NCBI GenBank assembly: GCA_049279635.1
Contig: JBAPOM010000092.1
Coordinates: forward strand, 60,457-124,456
DNA length: 64,000 nt
From: Candidatus Acidiferrales bacterium
GTDB taxonomy: Bacteria; Acidobacteriota; Terriglobia; Acidiferrales; UBA7541
Direction: 5' to 3'
The translations under genes were made by a program, and so were the position numbers. Position 1 is the first letter of the stretch, and each line of letters begins with the position of its first letter. Positions 29,939 to 39,928 of the stretch are shown one piece after another. Under the pieces are notes generated by a model, which was not told where the DNA came from, did not search any database, and worked only from the letters and a program-made list of their open reading frames with translations.

Positions 29939-32142
29939 CGCGCGCACGCCAATGCGCGATTTTGTCCGCGATGCTGCTGACCGCGGGAAGCGCCGTCGCG
30001 GCGGCGACGCCCGACGATTGCCATGCGCTAGGCAAGCACGGGCATCGCGCCGAGGCGCAGGCTTGCTACGAATCGCTCACACGCGCGCGCGATCCCTACC
30101 TCCGCGCGGAAGGCAATTGGGGCCTCGGAAATTACACGGACGCGAACAATGAATTCCGCGCAGCCGTGGCCCAGTCCGACGACAACGCGCTCTATCGCGT
30201 CCGCTGGGGACTCCTCCTCCACGAGCGCTTCAACAACACCGACGCCGAGGGCCTCTTCAAGGAAGCGCTGCAACGGGATCCGAAGAATGCGCAAGCCCAT
30301 CTCGGCCTCGCGCTCGTCAGCGAAGACGGCTACGACAACAACGCGATCGTCTGGGCCACCAAGGCGCTCGAACTCGATCCCAAACTCGTGGCCGCGCACG
30401 AGCTCCTCGCCGAGATCGCGCTCGAGGATTCCGATACGGCTCAGGCCATCGCGCAGGCGGACGAAGCCATTAAGCTCGCGCCCGACGCGCTCGATGCAAT
30501 GGCGGTCCACGCCGCCGTCGAAGTGCTGGCTGATCGCTCGCCGGACTCGTGGTTCGCAGAGACCGCGCGGATCAATCCCATATACGGCGAGGCCTACGCG
30601 ATCGTCGCCCGTAATCTCGTTCTTCATAATCGCTACGAAGACGCGGTCGCCGACTATCGCAAGGCCGTCGAGCTCGATCCGCAGCTCTGGTCCGCGCGCT
30701 CCGAGCTCGGCATCAACCTCATGCGCCTCGGCCAGGAAGACGAGCCGCGCCGCCAGCTCGAAATGTGCTACGACAACGGCTACCGCAACGAGGCCACCGT
30801 CAACACGCTTCGTCTCCTCGATAGCTACAAGAATTTCGTCATCTTTAAGGACGCCACGACGATCATCAAGCTCAATGAAAAAGAAGCCGACCTGCTGCAT
30901 CCCTACGTCGAAGAAATCCTGAAGCGCGCGATGGCGACCTACGAGAAGAAATACAAAATGACGCTGCCCGGCCCCGTGCAGGTCGAGGTCTATCCTGACC
31001 ATGAAGATTTCGCGGTTCGCACCACAGGCATGCCGGGCCTCGGCGCGCTCGGCGTCACATTCGGCATGGTTGTCGCGATGGACAGCCCTTCGGGCCGCCA
31101 GCCCGGCGACTTCAATTGGGCGAGCACGCTGTGGCACGAGATGAGCCACGTCTACATTCTCACCGCCACCAATCACCGCGTCGCGCGATGGTTCACCGAA
31201 GGTCTCGCGGTTCACGAAGAGACGCAGGCATCGCCCGAGTGGGGCGACCCGATCACGCCCGACATCGTCGCCGCGTTGCGCGATAAGAAGCTCCTCCCCG
31301 TCGCCGATCTCGATCGCGGCTTCATTCGTCCCGAGTATCCCGCGCAGGTCATCGTCTCCTACTACCAGGCGGGCCGCATCTGCGATTACATCCAGGACCG
31401 CTGGGGTGCCGACAAGCTGCTCGATATGGTCCACTCATACGCCGCGTTGAAGGCTACGCCCGAGGTGATTCAGGAAAATCTCGGCACGACGCCCGAGGAG
31501 TTCGACAAGGAATTTCAGGCGTGGCTCTACAAGGGTGTTCAGCAGACCGTCGACAATTTCGACAAGTGGCGCGAAGCGCTGAAAGCCCTGGCGCAGGCGG
31601 CGAAAGCGGACAACTCCGATGAAGTGCTGAAAGACGGCGACGCAGTCGTCCAAATGTACCCGCAGTATGTCTATGCCGCGAATGCCTACGAATTCATTGC
31701 CGAAGCCGATCTCGCGAAGGGCAACAAGCCGGCCGCGGCCGCCATCCTTACCGAATACGAAAAGCAAGGTGGCCGCGATCCGGAAGCGCTGAAGCAACTG
31801 GCAACGCTCGAAGAAGGCCTCAGCGAGCCGAAAGAAGCGGCTGCCACGCTCGACCGTCTCAACTGGATCTACCCGATGGACGAAGACCAGCATCGCCATC
31901 TCGGCCAGCTCTGGCTCGCCCAAAATAATTACACGGGCGCGATCCGCGAATACTCGTCCGTGCTCGCCCTGCACCCTCTCGATCGCGCTTCGGCGCAATT
32001 CGATCTGGCGCAGGCTTACTTCGACGACGGCCAGAAGGACAAGGCGGAAGACAACGTCCTCCAGGCGCTCGAAGCCGCTCCCGATTATCGCCCGGCCCAG
32101 AAACTACTCTTGCAGCTCCAAGGTTCCGAGAAAGGAAAATAG
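29935..32142 (+). CDS. Secreted TPR-repeat protein with gluzincin-like HExxH metallopeptidase motif
   Basis: Signal peptide present. TPR-like N-terminal and C-terminal halves. LWHEMSHVY (HEMSH at 31135-31149) is followed by FTEGLAVHEE. The start overlaps the upstream stop (GTGA). Confidence 0.75.
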   Translation: MTRARQCAILSAMLLTAGSAVAAATPDDCHALGKHGHRAEAQACYESLTRARDPYLRAEGNWGLGNYTDANNEFRAAVAQSDDNALYRVRWGLLLHERFNNTDAEGLFKEALQRDPKNAQAHLGLALVSEDGYDNNAIVWATKALELDPKLVAAHELLAEIALEDSDTAQAIAQADEAIKLAPDALDAMAVHAAVEVLADRSPDSWFAETARINPIYGEAYAIVARNLVLHNRYEDAVADYRKAVELDPQLWSARSELGINLMRLGQEDEPRRQLEMCYDNGYRNEATVNTLRLLDSYKNFVIFKDATTIIKLNEKEADLLHPYVEEILKRAMATYEKKYKMTLPGPVQVEVYPDHEDFAVRTTGMPGLGALGVTFGMVVAMDSPSGRQPGDFNWASTLWHEMSHVYILTATNHRVARWFTEGLAVHEETQASPEWGDPITPDIVAALRDKKLLPVADLDRGFIRPEYPAQVIVSYYQAGRICDYIQDRWGADKLLDMVHSYAALKATPEVIQENLGTTPEEFDKEFQAWLYKGVQQTVDNFDKWREALKALAQAAKADNSDEVLKDGDAVVQMYPQYVYAANAYEFIAEADLAKGNKPAAAAILTEYEKQGGRDPEALKQLATLEEGLSEPKEAAATLDRLNWIYPMDEDQHRHLGQLWLAQNNYTGAIREYSSVLALHPLDRASAQFDLAQAYFDDGQKDKAEDNVLQALEAAPDYRPAQKLLLQLQGSEKGK

Positions 32143-32145
32143 CCG

Positions 32146-33174
<1,029 letters not shown>

Positions 33175-33175
33175 C

Positions 33176-34063
33176 GTGCAGCGTTTTCTCGATCCAGCGG
33201 TGCTTGCGCGTATCTCGGGCCTCGACCTCGTCGCCAAGACGGTCGTCGACGGCTTCGTCGCAGGCCTTCACCGCTCGCCCGATTTCGGTTTCAGCCAGGA
33301 GTTCGCCGAGTACCGCGCCTACACGCCCGGTGATGATCTGCGCCACGTCGATTGGAACGTCTTCGCACGTACCGAGCGCTGCTACCTCAAGCGCTATCGC
33401 GGCGAGACCAACAGCCTGCTCACCGTCCTGCTCGACGCGAGCAACTCCATGAATTTTTCATCCCACGGCGTGAGCAAAATGGACTACGCGCGATTCATCG
33501 CGGCGTCGCTCTTCCATCTCGCGATTCACAATCAGCGCGACGCAGCCGGCCTGATCGTCTTCGATGATGAAGTGCGCAACTACATTCGCCCCTCCACGCG
33601 CCAGGGCCAGCTCCACCGTCTGCTCAGCGGCCTCGAACTCGCCGAGCCCCGCGCCCGCACCGACTTCAGCAAGCCGCTGCACCATTTCCAGGAATTTCTC
33701 AGGCGTCGCGGGCTGGTGCTGATCATCTCCGATTTCTTCGAAACGCCCGAGACGATCGTGCGCACTATCGAGCCGCTGCATTTCCACGGCAATGAAGTCG
33801 TCCTGTTTCATGTCCTCGACCCGAAAGAAATTCAGCCGCAGCTCGACGCGCCCGTGATCCTCGTCGACCTCGAAACCAAAGAGCGCCTCGAAGTCACTCC
33901 CGAATACGCGCGCGATGAATATCGCCCCAAAATGGATGCGCACATCGCGGACCTCCGCAGCCGCGCGCAGGGCGCTGGAATGGATTATTTCGTGCTCTCG
34001 ACCGATCGCCCGCTCGATGAAGCGCTCGCCGAATATCTCTCGATCCGGCAGCGGAGGAACTAG
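33176..34063 (+). CDS. DUF58 domain protein (MoxR partner)
   Basis: YRAYTPGDDLRHVDWNVFARTERCYLKRY is the hallmark DUF58 motif. The GTG start is 1 nt after the MoxR stop. Confidence 0.85.
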   Translation: MQRFLDPAVLARISGLDLVAKTVVDGFVAGLHRSPDFGFSQEFAEYRAYTPGDDLRHVDWNVFARTERCYLKRYRGETNSLLTVLLDASNSMNFSSHGVSKMDYARFIAASLFHLAIHNQRDAAGLIVFDDEVRNYIRPSTRQGQLHRLLSGLELAEPRARTDFSKPLHHFQEFLRRRGLVLIISDFFETPETIVRTIEPLHFHGNEVVLFHVLDPKEIQPQLDAPVILVDLETKERLEVTPEYARDEYRPKMDAHIADLRSRAQGAGMDYFVLSTDRPLDEALAEYLSIRQRRN

Positions 34064-36085
34064 ATGGGCCTCCTCGCTCCATGGTTTCTCGCAGGAGCAG
34101 CGGCGCTGGCCGTGCCGCTTTATCTGCATCTGCTGCGCCGGCACACGTCGGATCCGCAGCCATTCAGCTCGCTGATGTTTTTCGAGCAGCGGACGCAAAG
34201 CTCGATCAAGCATCGCCGTCTCCGCTATCTCTTGCTGCTAGCGCTGCGGCTCAGTCTGCTTGCGCTGCTGGTCCTCGCCTTTGCCGGCCCGTTCATCAAT
34301 CGCCCCGCCGTCAGCGCAGCCAATGACAAGCTCCTCATGCTTGTGATCGACAATTCCTTCAGCATGCGTGCCGGCTCGCGCCTCGCCGACGCGAAGCGCG
34401 CGGCGCAATCCTTGCGGGCTTCACGGAATCCCGCCGAGCGCGCGCAGGTGATGGCGCTCGGCTCGCAGTTGCAAGTCCTCACGCAGCCGACGCAGGATGC
34501 CGCCACGCTTACCGCCGCCGTCAATAGCATCGAGCCCGGCGATTCGCGCGGTAGTTTCGCCGAACTGGCGCGCGCGCTTCGTTCCGCGGCGCAGAGCATG
34601 TCGGCCCCGATCGAGCTGCATTTCTTCAGCGACATGCAGAAGTCCGACATGCCGGCGAATTTCGCCGATGCGGTTCTGCCCAACAACGTTTTGCTGATCC
34701 TGCATCCCGTGGTGAAGAGCAACGTACCCAATTGGGCAGTCGAAAGCGTGAACGCCCCCGGCCAGGTCTGGGACGTGAAGAAGGCCCGCGTTCAGGCCGT
34801 AATCGCGGGCTACGGCACTCCCGCCGCCACGCGCACAGTTTCGCTCATCATCAACGGCAAAACGGCCGCCACGCGCACCGTCGCCGTGCCCGCCGCGGGC
34901 CGCGCCACCGTCGAATTCGATTCGCTCGACGTGCCGCACGGCTTCAGCCGCTGCGAGGTGCGCATCGATTCCGCCGACGCACTGCCGGCCGACGACGTGA
35001 GCCGCTTCGCCGTCGAGCGCTCCGATCCGCAAAAGGTGTTGTTCCTTCACGAATCGGGCGACACGCGCTCGCCTCTGTATTTCAGCGCCGCGCTCGCCGC
35101 TGCCGCCGAATCCGCATTCACGATGGACAGCATTCCCGTCGCCCAAGCGGCGAACGTGCGGCCACAGGATTATGCTTTCGTCGTTCTTTCCGACGCGGTT
35201 TCGCTGCCGTCTTCGCTCGAAAATGAACTCGCGCGCTACGTCCGCGCCGGAGGCAGCGTCCTCGTAGCCGCCGGCACAGCCGATGGCGCGCGCCAGCGTA
35301 TCGCCGTGTTCGACGCAAACGTGCTCAAGGCCAATTACTACACGAGCGCGGGCGGCTTCGCTCAGACGGTCGGCGATACGGACCCATCCTATCCTTCCAT
35401 CGGGAAAGCCGATCGATGGTCCGGCGTCAAAATCTATTATGCGGTGAAAGTTGAGGACACCGGCTCGCGCGTCGTAGCGCGCCTTACCGACCAGACCCCG
35501 CTGCTCCTCGAGAAGCAAATCGGCGAAGGCCGCGTCCTGCTGTTCGCTTCCGGCCTCGACAATCTCACCAACGATTTCCCTTTGCATCCCGATTTCGTCC
35601 CGTTCGTCGAGCAGACGGCCTTCTATCTTTCAGGCACCGCCCGCCGCACCGGATCGCGCCTCGTTGATTCGTTCATTGATCTGCGCACCAGCAAAGAGGA
35701 AGCGGTAAGCGTGGAAGTGATTGACCCACAAGGCCGGCGCCCGCTCTCGCTCAAGGAAGCGGCCAACGCGCAAACCTACCAGGTGACCCAGGCGGGCTTC
35801 TACGAGCTGCGCCTGGCGAATGGCCGCCAGGACGTGATCGGTGTCAATCCCGACCGCCGCGAATCCGATCTTGACGTGCTGCCGCCCGATGTCCTCTCCC
35901 TATGGACCGGGAAGAACGCTACGGAGCCGGGCACCCAGGCCGCCACCGCGGCGCCCGGCCCCTCAGAAGATAAAAGCAAACCGTACGGCCTATGGTGGTA
36001 CGTTATGCTAGTGGCATTGGCGGCGGCACTGTGCGAGTCCTGGGTGGCCAGCCGGTACCTGGGGATTCGACGGGAGGATTCATGA
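34064..36085 (+). CDS. BatA-N (aerotolerance regulator N-terminal, double-TM) protein with VWA-like MIDAS and C-terminal TM anchor
   Basis: MGLLAPWFLAGAAALAVPLYLHLLRR, MIDAS-like LMLVIDNSFSM, and C-terminal YGLWWYVMLVALAAALC. The start directly abuts the DUF58 stop. Confidence 0.8.
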   Translation: MGLLAPWFLAGAAALAVPLYLHLLRRHTSDPQPFSSLMFFEQRTQSSIKHRRLRYLLLLALRLSLLALLVLAFAGPFINRPAVSAANDKLLMLVIDNSFSMRAGSRLADAKRAAQSLRASRNPAERAQVMALGSQLQVLTQPTQDAATLTAAVNSIEPGDSRGSFAELARALRSAAQSMSAPIELHFFSDMQKSDMPANFADAVLPNNVLLILHPVVKSNVPNWAVESVNAPGQVWDVKKARVQAVIAGYGTPAATRTVSLIINGKTAATRTVAVPAAGRATVEFDSLDVPHGFSRCEVRIDSADALPADDVSRFAVERSDPQKVLFLHESGDTRSPLYFSAALAAAAESAFTMDSIPVAQAANVRPQDYAFVVLSDAVSLPSSLENELARYVRAGGSVLVAAGTADGARQRIAVFDANVLKANYYTSAGGFAQTVGDTDPSYPSIGKADRWSGVKIYYAVKVEDTGSRVVARLTDQTPLLLEKQIGEGRVLLFASGLDNLTNDFPLHPDFVPFVEQTAFYLSGTARRTGSRLVDSFIDLRTSKEEAVSVEVIDPQGRRPLSLKEAANAQTYQVTQAGFYELRLANGRQDVIGVNPDRRESDLDVLPPDVLSLWTGKNATEPGTQAATAAPGPSEDKSKPYGLWWYVMLVALAAALCESWVASRYLGIRREDS

Positions 36086-39000
36086 GCGCGCGGGAACAGC
36101 TCAACTCCTACATCAGTCAGGTCGAGAAACGCCTGCGCCTTGGCACTGCCGCGCGCGGTGCGGCCATCCTCACGCTCGCTGCGCTTGTCACCACCGTTGT
36201 CCTAGTTCTGATCGCGAATTACTTTGGCTTCTCCCAGGCGAGTCTCGCTAGCGCGCGCGCCATTCTCGTCCTCGCGCTGCTTGCCGCCCTCGTTTACGCT
36301 CTTGCGCTCCCGCTGCTCTATCTCGACCGTCAGAGCGCGGTCGGCAAAGCGGAAAGCGCCTTCCCGAAATTCAAGCAGCGCCTGATCACATTCGCCGAAC
36401 GCGATCCCCGCGCCCCGGATGCCGATGCCCGCGAGCCTTTCATCGAGTTGCTTGCCGCCGACACCCTCGAAATCGCGCGCGGCTCCGAACCGAAAGCGCT
36501 CGTGCCTCAGCGCACGCTGCTCGTCTTCAGCGGCGTCCTCGTTGCTTCCCTCGGTGTACTGATTTGGCTGGTTGCCGCCGGCCCCGGCTATCTCGGCTAT
36601 GGCGCCTCGCTGCTGTGGATGGGCGCCCGCACGGGCGCCACGCCTTTCTACGATATTCGCGTCAGCCCGGGCGATGCCTCCGTGCGCCGCAATGCGGATG
36701 AACTTGTCACCGCGCAGCCCATCGGCCTGCAGACCGACAAGATGCGCCTCTACGCGCGCTATGAGAGCGCGTCGAAATGGGAGCAGGTCGCGATGCAGCC
36801 GCAGTCTGGCGGCTCCGGCTTCCAATTTCTCTTCGCGGGACTTCCCGAGGCGGTCGAATACTATGTCGAGGCGGGGCCGATTCGCTCGCGCCATTACAAG
36901 ATTCGTGTGGTCGATCTCCCAGGTGTGAAGCAGATTCGCGTCACCTATCGCTACCCGTCGTGGACCGGCCTGCGCAACACGGTTGACGAGCACGGCGGCG
37001 ATTTGCACGCGGTCGAAGGCACGGTCGCCAATCTCGAAGTCCTCACCGACCGCCCGCTTCGCGATGGACTGCTCGTCCTTGACGACGGCCAGCAGATCCA
37101 GCTCACGCCCGGCGCGAATGGCGCGGACCACTACACCGGTTCGGTCAGCATGGCCAAGGACGGCAGCTACCATGTCGCCGCCGTCGATCAGGGCCAGCCC
37201 GTTCGCCTCTCCGAGGATTTCTTTATCGAGGCGGACAAAGCCAATCCGCCGCAGGTCGAGGTCACGCGGCCGGCGCGCGATTATCGCGCCAGTCCCATCG
37301 AAGAAGTCACGATCGCGGCGAATGCCAACGATCCTTTCGGCGTCGATGCCATGACCCTGCACTATTCCGTGAATGGCGGCGCCGAGCAGACGGTGAATTT
37401 GCTGAAGCGAAAAGGCGCGAAAGACGCGGATGGCTCGACCGTGCTCTCTCTCGAAGATTTCAAGCTTGTCCCAGGCGATCTTGTAAGCTTCTACGTCACC
37501 GCCAAGGACGCGCGCGCTGAGGCGCACACGGACATTTTCTTCATCCAGGCCGATCCTTTCGAGCGCGATTTCTCGCAGTCGCAATCCGCTGGAGGTGGTG
37601 GCGGAGGAGGCGGGCAGGGCAATCAGAACGATATCTCCGAGCGCGAAAAGGAGATCATCGCGCAGACCTGGAAGCAGCGCGGCGATAAGAACGCGGCCGC
37701 GCAGCAGGCTGCCGAAGCAGGAAAATTCCTTTCCGAGGTGCAGTCGAAGCTGCGCGATCAGGCCATCGCGCTGGCCGGCCGCCTGCAGTTGCGCGACCTC
37801 AACACTGAGAACGAGGAGTTCAATTCCTTTCAGCAGGATATGAATGCGGCAGCGCAAGCGATGAATCCGGCCGCGGATCAGCTTCGCAAGCAGAAATGGG
37901 ACGAGGCGCTTCCGAGCGAGCAGAAAGCGCTGCAGCATTTGCTGCAGGCGGAAGCCACGTTCCGCCAGATTCAGGTGGCGTTCGGCAATAGCGGCGGAGG
38001 CGCTGGCGGCGGAGGTGCGGGCCGCGATCTCGCGAGCCTCTTCGATCTCGAACTCGACACGCAGAAGAATCAGTACGAAACCGCGCAGACAGCCTCCTCT
38101 GCCGATGAGAAGCAGAAGGAAATCGACGACGCGCTGAAGAAGCTCGACGAGCTCGCGCGCCGCCAGCAGGATCTTGCGAACCAGTCGCAAAACAGCAATC
38201 AGAGCTTCCAGCAGCGCTGGCAGCAGGAAATGCTGCGCCGCGAAGCGGAAAAATTGCAGCAGCAGATGGAGCAGCTCGCGCAGCAGCAGTCGCAACAAAA
38301 TGGCCAGCAATCGGGTCAGTCATCTTCGGGACAATCGTCGTCCGGGCAATCTTCCTCGGGTCAATCGCAATCTCAGGGCGGCGCTTCGGGTTCTTCGGGC
38401 GCCGATTCGCGCGAACAGCGCGTGCAGCAAGCCCTCGAACAGCTCCGCCAGGCGAATCAGGATATGCAGCGCGCGCAGCAAAATCAGGACAGCGCCGAGG
38501 CGCGCCGCGCCGCCCAGCGCCTCCGCGATGCCACGAATCTTCTCGGCAGCATGCAGCAGCAGCAAGCCTCGGGACGCCTTGATTCGATGGCCAGCGAAGC
38601 CGACCGCCTCGCCGCCGAACAGCGCGATCAGGCCGACCGCATGCGCAAGCTGCTCAGCGACGCGAGCTCGCCAGACGAGTCGGGCCAGGCTCCGCAGGAT
38701 CTCTGGAATCAGGCCAGCAAGCTCGCTCGGGACCGCCAGCAACTCGCGGACGATCTGGCGAGTCTCGAAAAGCAAGCTCGCGACGCGGCGCGCGATCTCG
38801 CCTCGACGCAGCGCGGCGCCGCTTCGAAGCTGCGCGACGCCCTCGGCAATCTCGATCAGGAAGATTTACAGACGCGCCTGCAGCGAAGCGCGGATTGGCT
38901 CCGCCGCGGCATCGCTCCCAATTCGCTCGCGGCGGAACAGGGGATCACGTCTGATCTGCAGCGCTTCGGCGATCAGGTGAGGCAAGCCCAGCAGGCGCTG

Positions 39001-39747
39001 GGCGCCGGACAACAGCAGGATCAAGGGCAAGATGCGCAGGCCGCCATCGACCGCCTCGAGCGTCTGCGCAATCAAATGGCGGGCATCACGCGCGATATGG
39101 GTGCGGCGGGCCGGCCCGGTCAGCAGGGAAGCGGCCAAAATCGCAATGGTCAAAATGGCGAAGCCGGCCAGCTCCCGCAGAATGGCCAGCCCGGTCAAGC
39201 CTCCGGCCAAAATGGTGGAAGGCTCAGTCGCAACGGCGGCCCGGACGGTGGCCCAGCCGGCGGTCCCGCCAGCGGCCAAGTCGGCGACGATTACACCCGA
39301 GGCTACGGCCAACGCTACGGCGGCGCGCGAGGCGGCAACAACAATTGGTGGATCGACACCGGCAACAATTCCAATCTGCCGCAGCCCGTCGGCCCCGACA
39401 ATTCGCCGCTGCCGCCCGACCCCGAGCGTTCCTACCAGCAAAGTCTCGACGGCCTGAATCAACTCCGCCCAACCGTCGAGAACGATCCCGATACCGCGCG
39501 CGAATTGCAGGAACTGATTCGCGAAATGCAGCAGCTCGATCCGAAGCGTTTCCCCGGCAATCCAGCGCTCTTCGAGCAGCTCCACACGCAAGTGCTCAAC
39601 GACGTCGACAAGCTCGAGCTGCAACTGCAGCGCAAGCTCGACGACAAGCAGTCGGGCCAGATTCGCAGCGCCAATCCGATGCCGATGCCCGCCGGATATC
39701 AGGACGCCGTCGCCGATTATTTCCGCCGCCTCAGCAAAAATCCGTAG
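36082..39747 (+). CDS. Large (1221 aa) membrane-anchored protein with Gln-rich coiled-coil/low-complexity C-terminal half (possibly DUF4175-like)
   Basis: ATGA overlap with the upstream gene. Three N-terminal TM helices, then a beta-rich middle. A Gly8 run lies at 37591-37614. Roughly 650 aa of Q/A/R-rich heptad-like sequence and Q/N/G-rich tracts follow. The protein ends in YQDAVADYFRRL. Confidence 0.75.
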   Translation: MSAREQLNSYISQVEKRLRLGTAARGAAILTLAALVTTVVLVLIANYFGFSQASLASARAILVLALLAALVYALALPLLYLDRQSAVGKAESAFPKFKQRLITFAERDPRAPDADAREPFIELLAADTLEIARGSEPKALVPQRTLLVFSGVLVASLGVLIWLVAAGPGYLGYGASLLWMGARTGATPFYDIRVSPGDASVRRNADELVTAQPIGLQTDKMRLYARYESASKWEQVAMQPQSGGSGFQFLFAGLPEAVEYYVEAGPIRSRHYKIRVVDLPGVKQIRVTYRYPSWTGLRNTVDEHGGDLHAVEGTVANLEVLTDRPLRDGLLVLDDGQQIQLTPGANGADHYTGSVSMAKDGSYHVAAVDQGQPVRLSEDFFIEADKANPPQVEVTRPARDYRASPIEEVTIAANANDPFGVDAMTLHYSVNGGAEQTVNLLKRKGAKDADGSTVLSLEDFKLVPGDLVSFYVTAKDARAEAHTDIFFIQADPFERDFSQSQSAGGGGGGGGQGNQNDISEREKEIIAQTWKQRGDKNAAAQQAAEAGKFLSEVQSKLRDQAIALAGRLQLRDLNTENEEFNSFQQDMNAAAQAMNPAADQLRKQKWDEALPSEQKALQHLLQAEATFRQIQVAFGNSGGGAGGGGAGRDLASLFDLELDTQKNQYETAQTASSADEKQKEIDDALKKLDELARRQQDLANQSQNSNQSFQQRWQQEMLRREAEKLQQQMEQLAQQQSQQNGQQSGQSSSGQSSSGQSSSGQSQSQGGASGSSGADSREQRVQQALEQLRQANQDMQRAQQNQDSAEARRAAQRLRDATNLLGSMQQQQASGRLDSMASEADRLAAEQRDQADRMRKLLSDASSPDESGQAPQDLWNQASKLARDRQQLADDLASLEKQARDAARDLASTQRGAASKLRDALGNLDQEDLQTRLQRSADWLRRGIAPNSLAAEQGITSDLQRFGDQVRQAQQALGAGQQQDQGQDAQAAIDRLERLRNQMAGITRDMGAAGRPGQQGSGQNRNGQNGEAGQLPQNGQPGQASGQNGGRLSRNGGPDGGPAGGPASGQVGDDYTRGYGQRYGGARGGNNNWWIDTGNNSNLPQPVGPDNSPLPPDPERSYQQSLDGLNQLRPTVENDPDTARELQELIREMQQLDPKRFPGNPALFEQLHTQVLNDVDKLELQLQRKLDDKQSGQIRSANPMPMPAGYQDAVADYFRRLSKNP
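38311..38370 (+). repeat. Imperfect 15-nt tandem repeat (x4) encoding SGQSS-SGQSS-SGQSS-SGQSQ
   Basis: The four units are tcgggtcagtcatct, tcgggacaatcgtcg, tccgggcaatcttcc and tcgggtcaatcgcaa. The first three units differ only at synonymous positions. Confidence 0.7.
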
Positions 39748-39928
39748 TCTCGCGCCGCGCGATTTCGGCCGAATTTTCTGCTCCGCCGGGCGCAACAATG
39801 TTGCTGCCGTCGGGGGCTTAACCGGCCTCTAACCAGCCAAGAAAAGCCAAATTTGGCGGCTTCTTGCGTTGTAAACTTTGTCTCGCCTCGTTTCGAGGCC
39901 TCATCTGCTTTCGAATCATGGAGGTGCA

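Noticed and set aside
36202-38310. 702-aa minus-strand ORF opposite the Q-rich gene
   Set aside because: It is the mirror image of low-complexity CAG/CTG-rich coding sequence and translates to monotonous L/R/E repeats. There is no start context. The sense strand is supported by operon coupling and its TM/beta-domain architecture.
39752-39800. Palindromes tcgcgccgcgcga and ttcggccgaa just after the 1221-aa gene, considered as an intrinsic terminator
   Set aside because: The stems would have loops of 0-3 nt and only about 5 usable base pairs, and the T-run is short (aatttt). This is too weak to call, although operon termination somewhere in 39748-39928 is likely.
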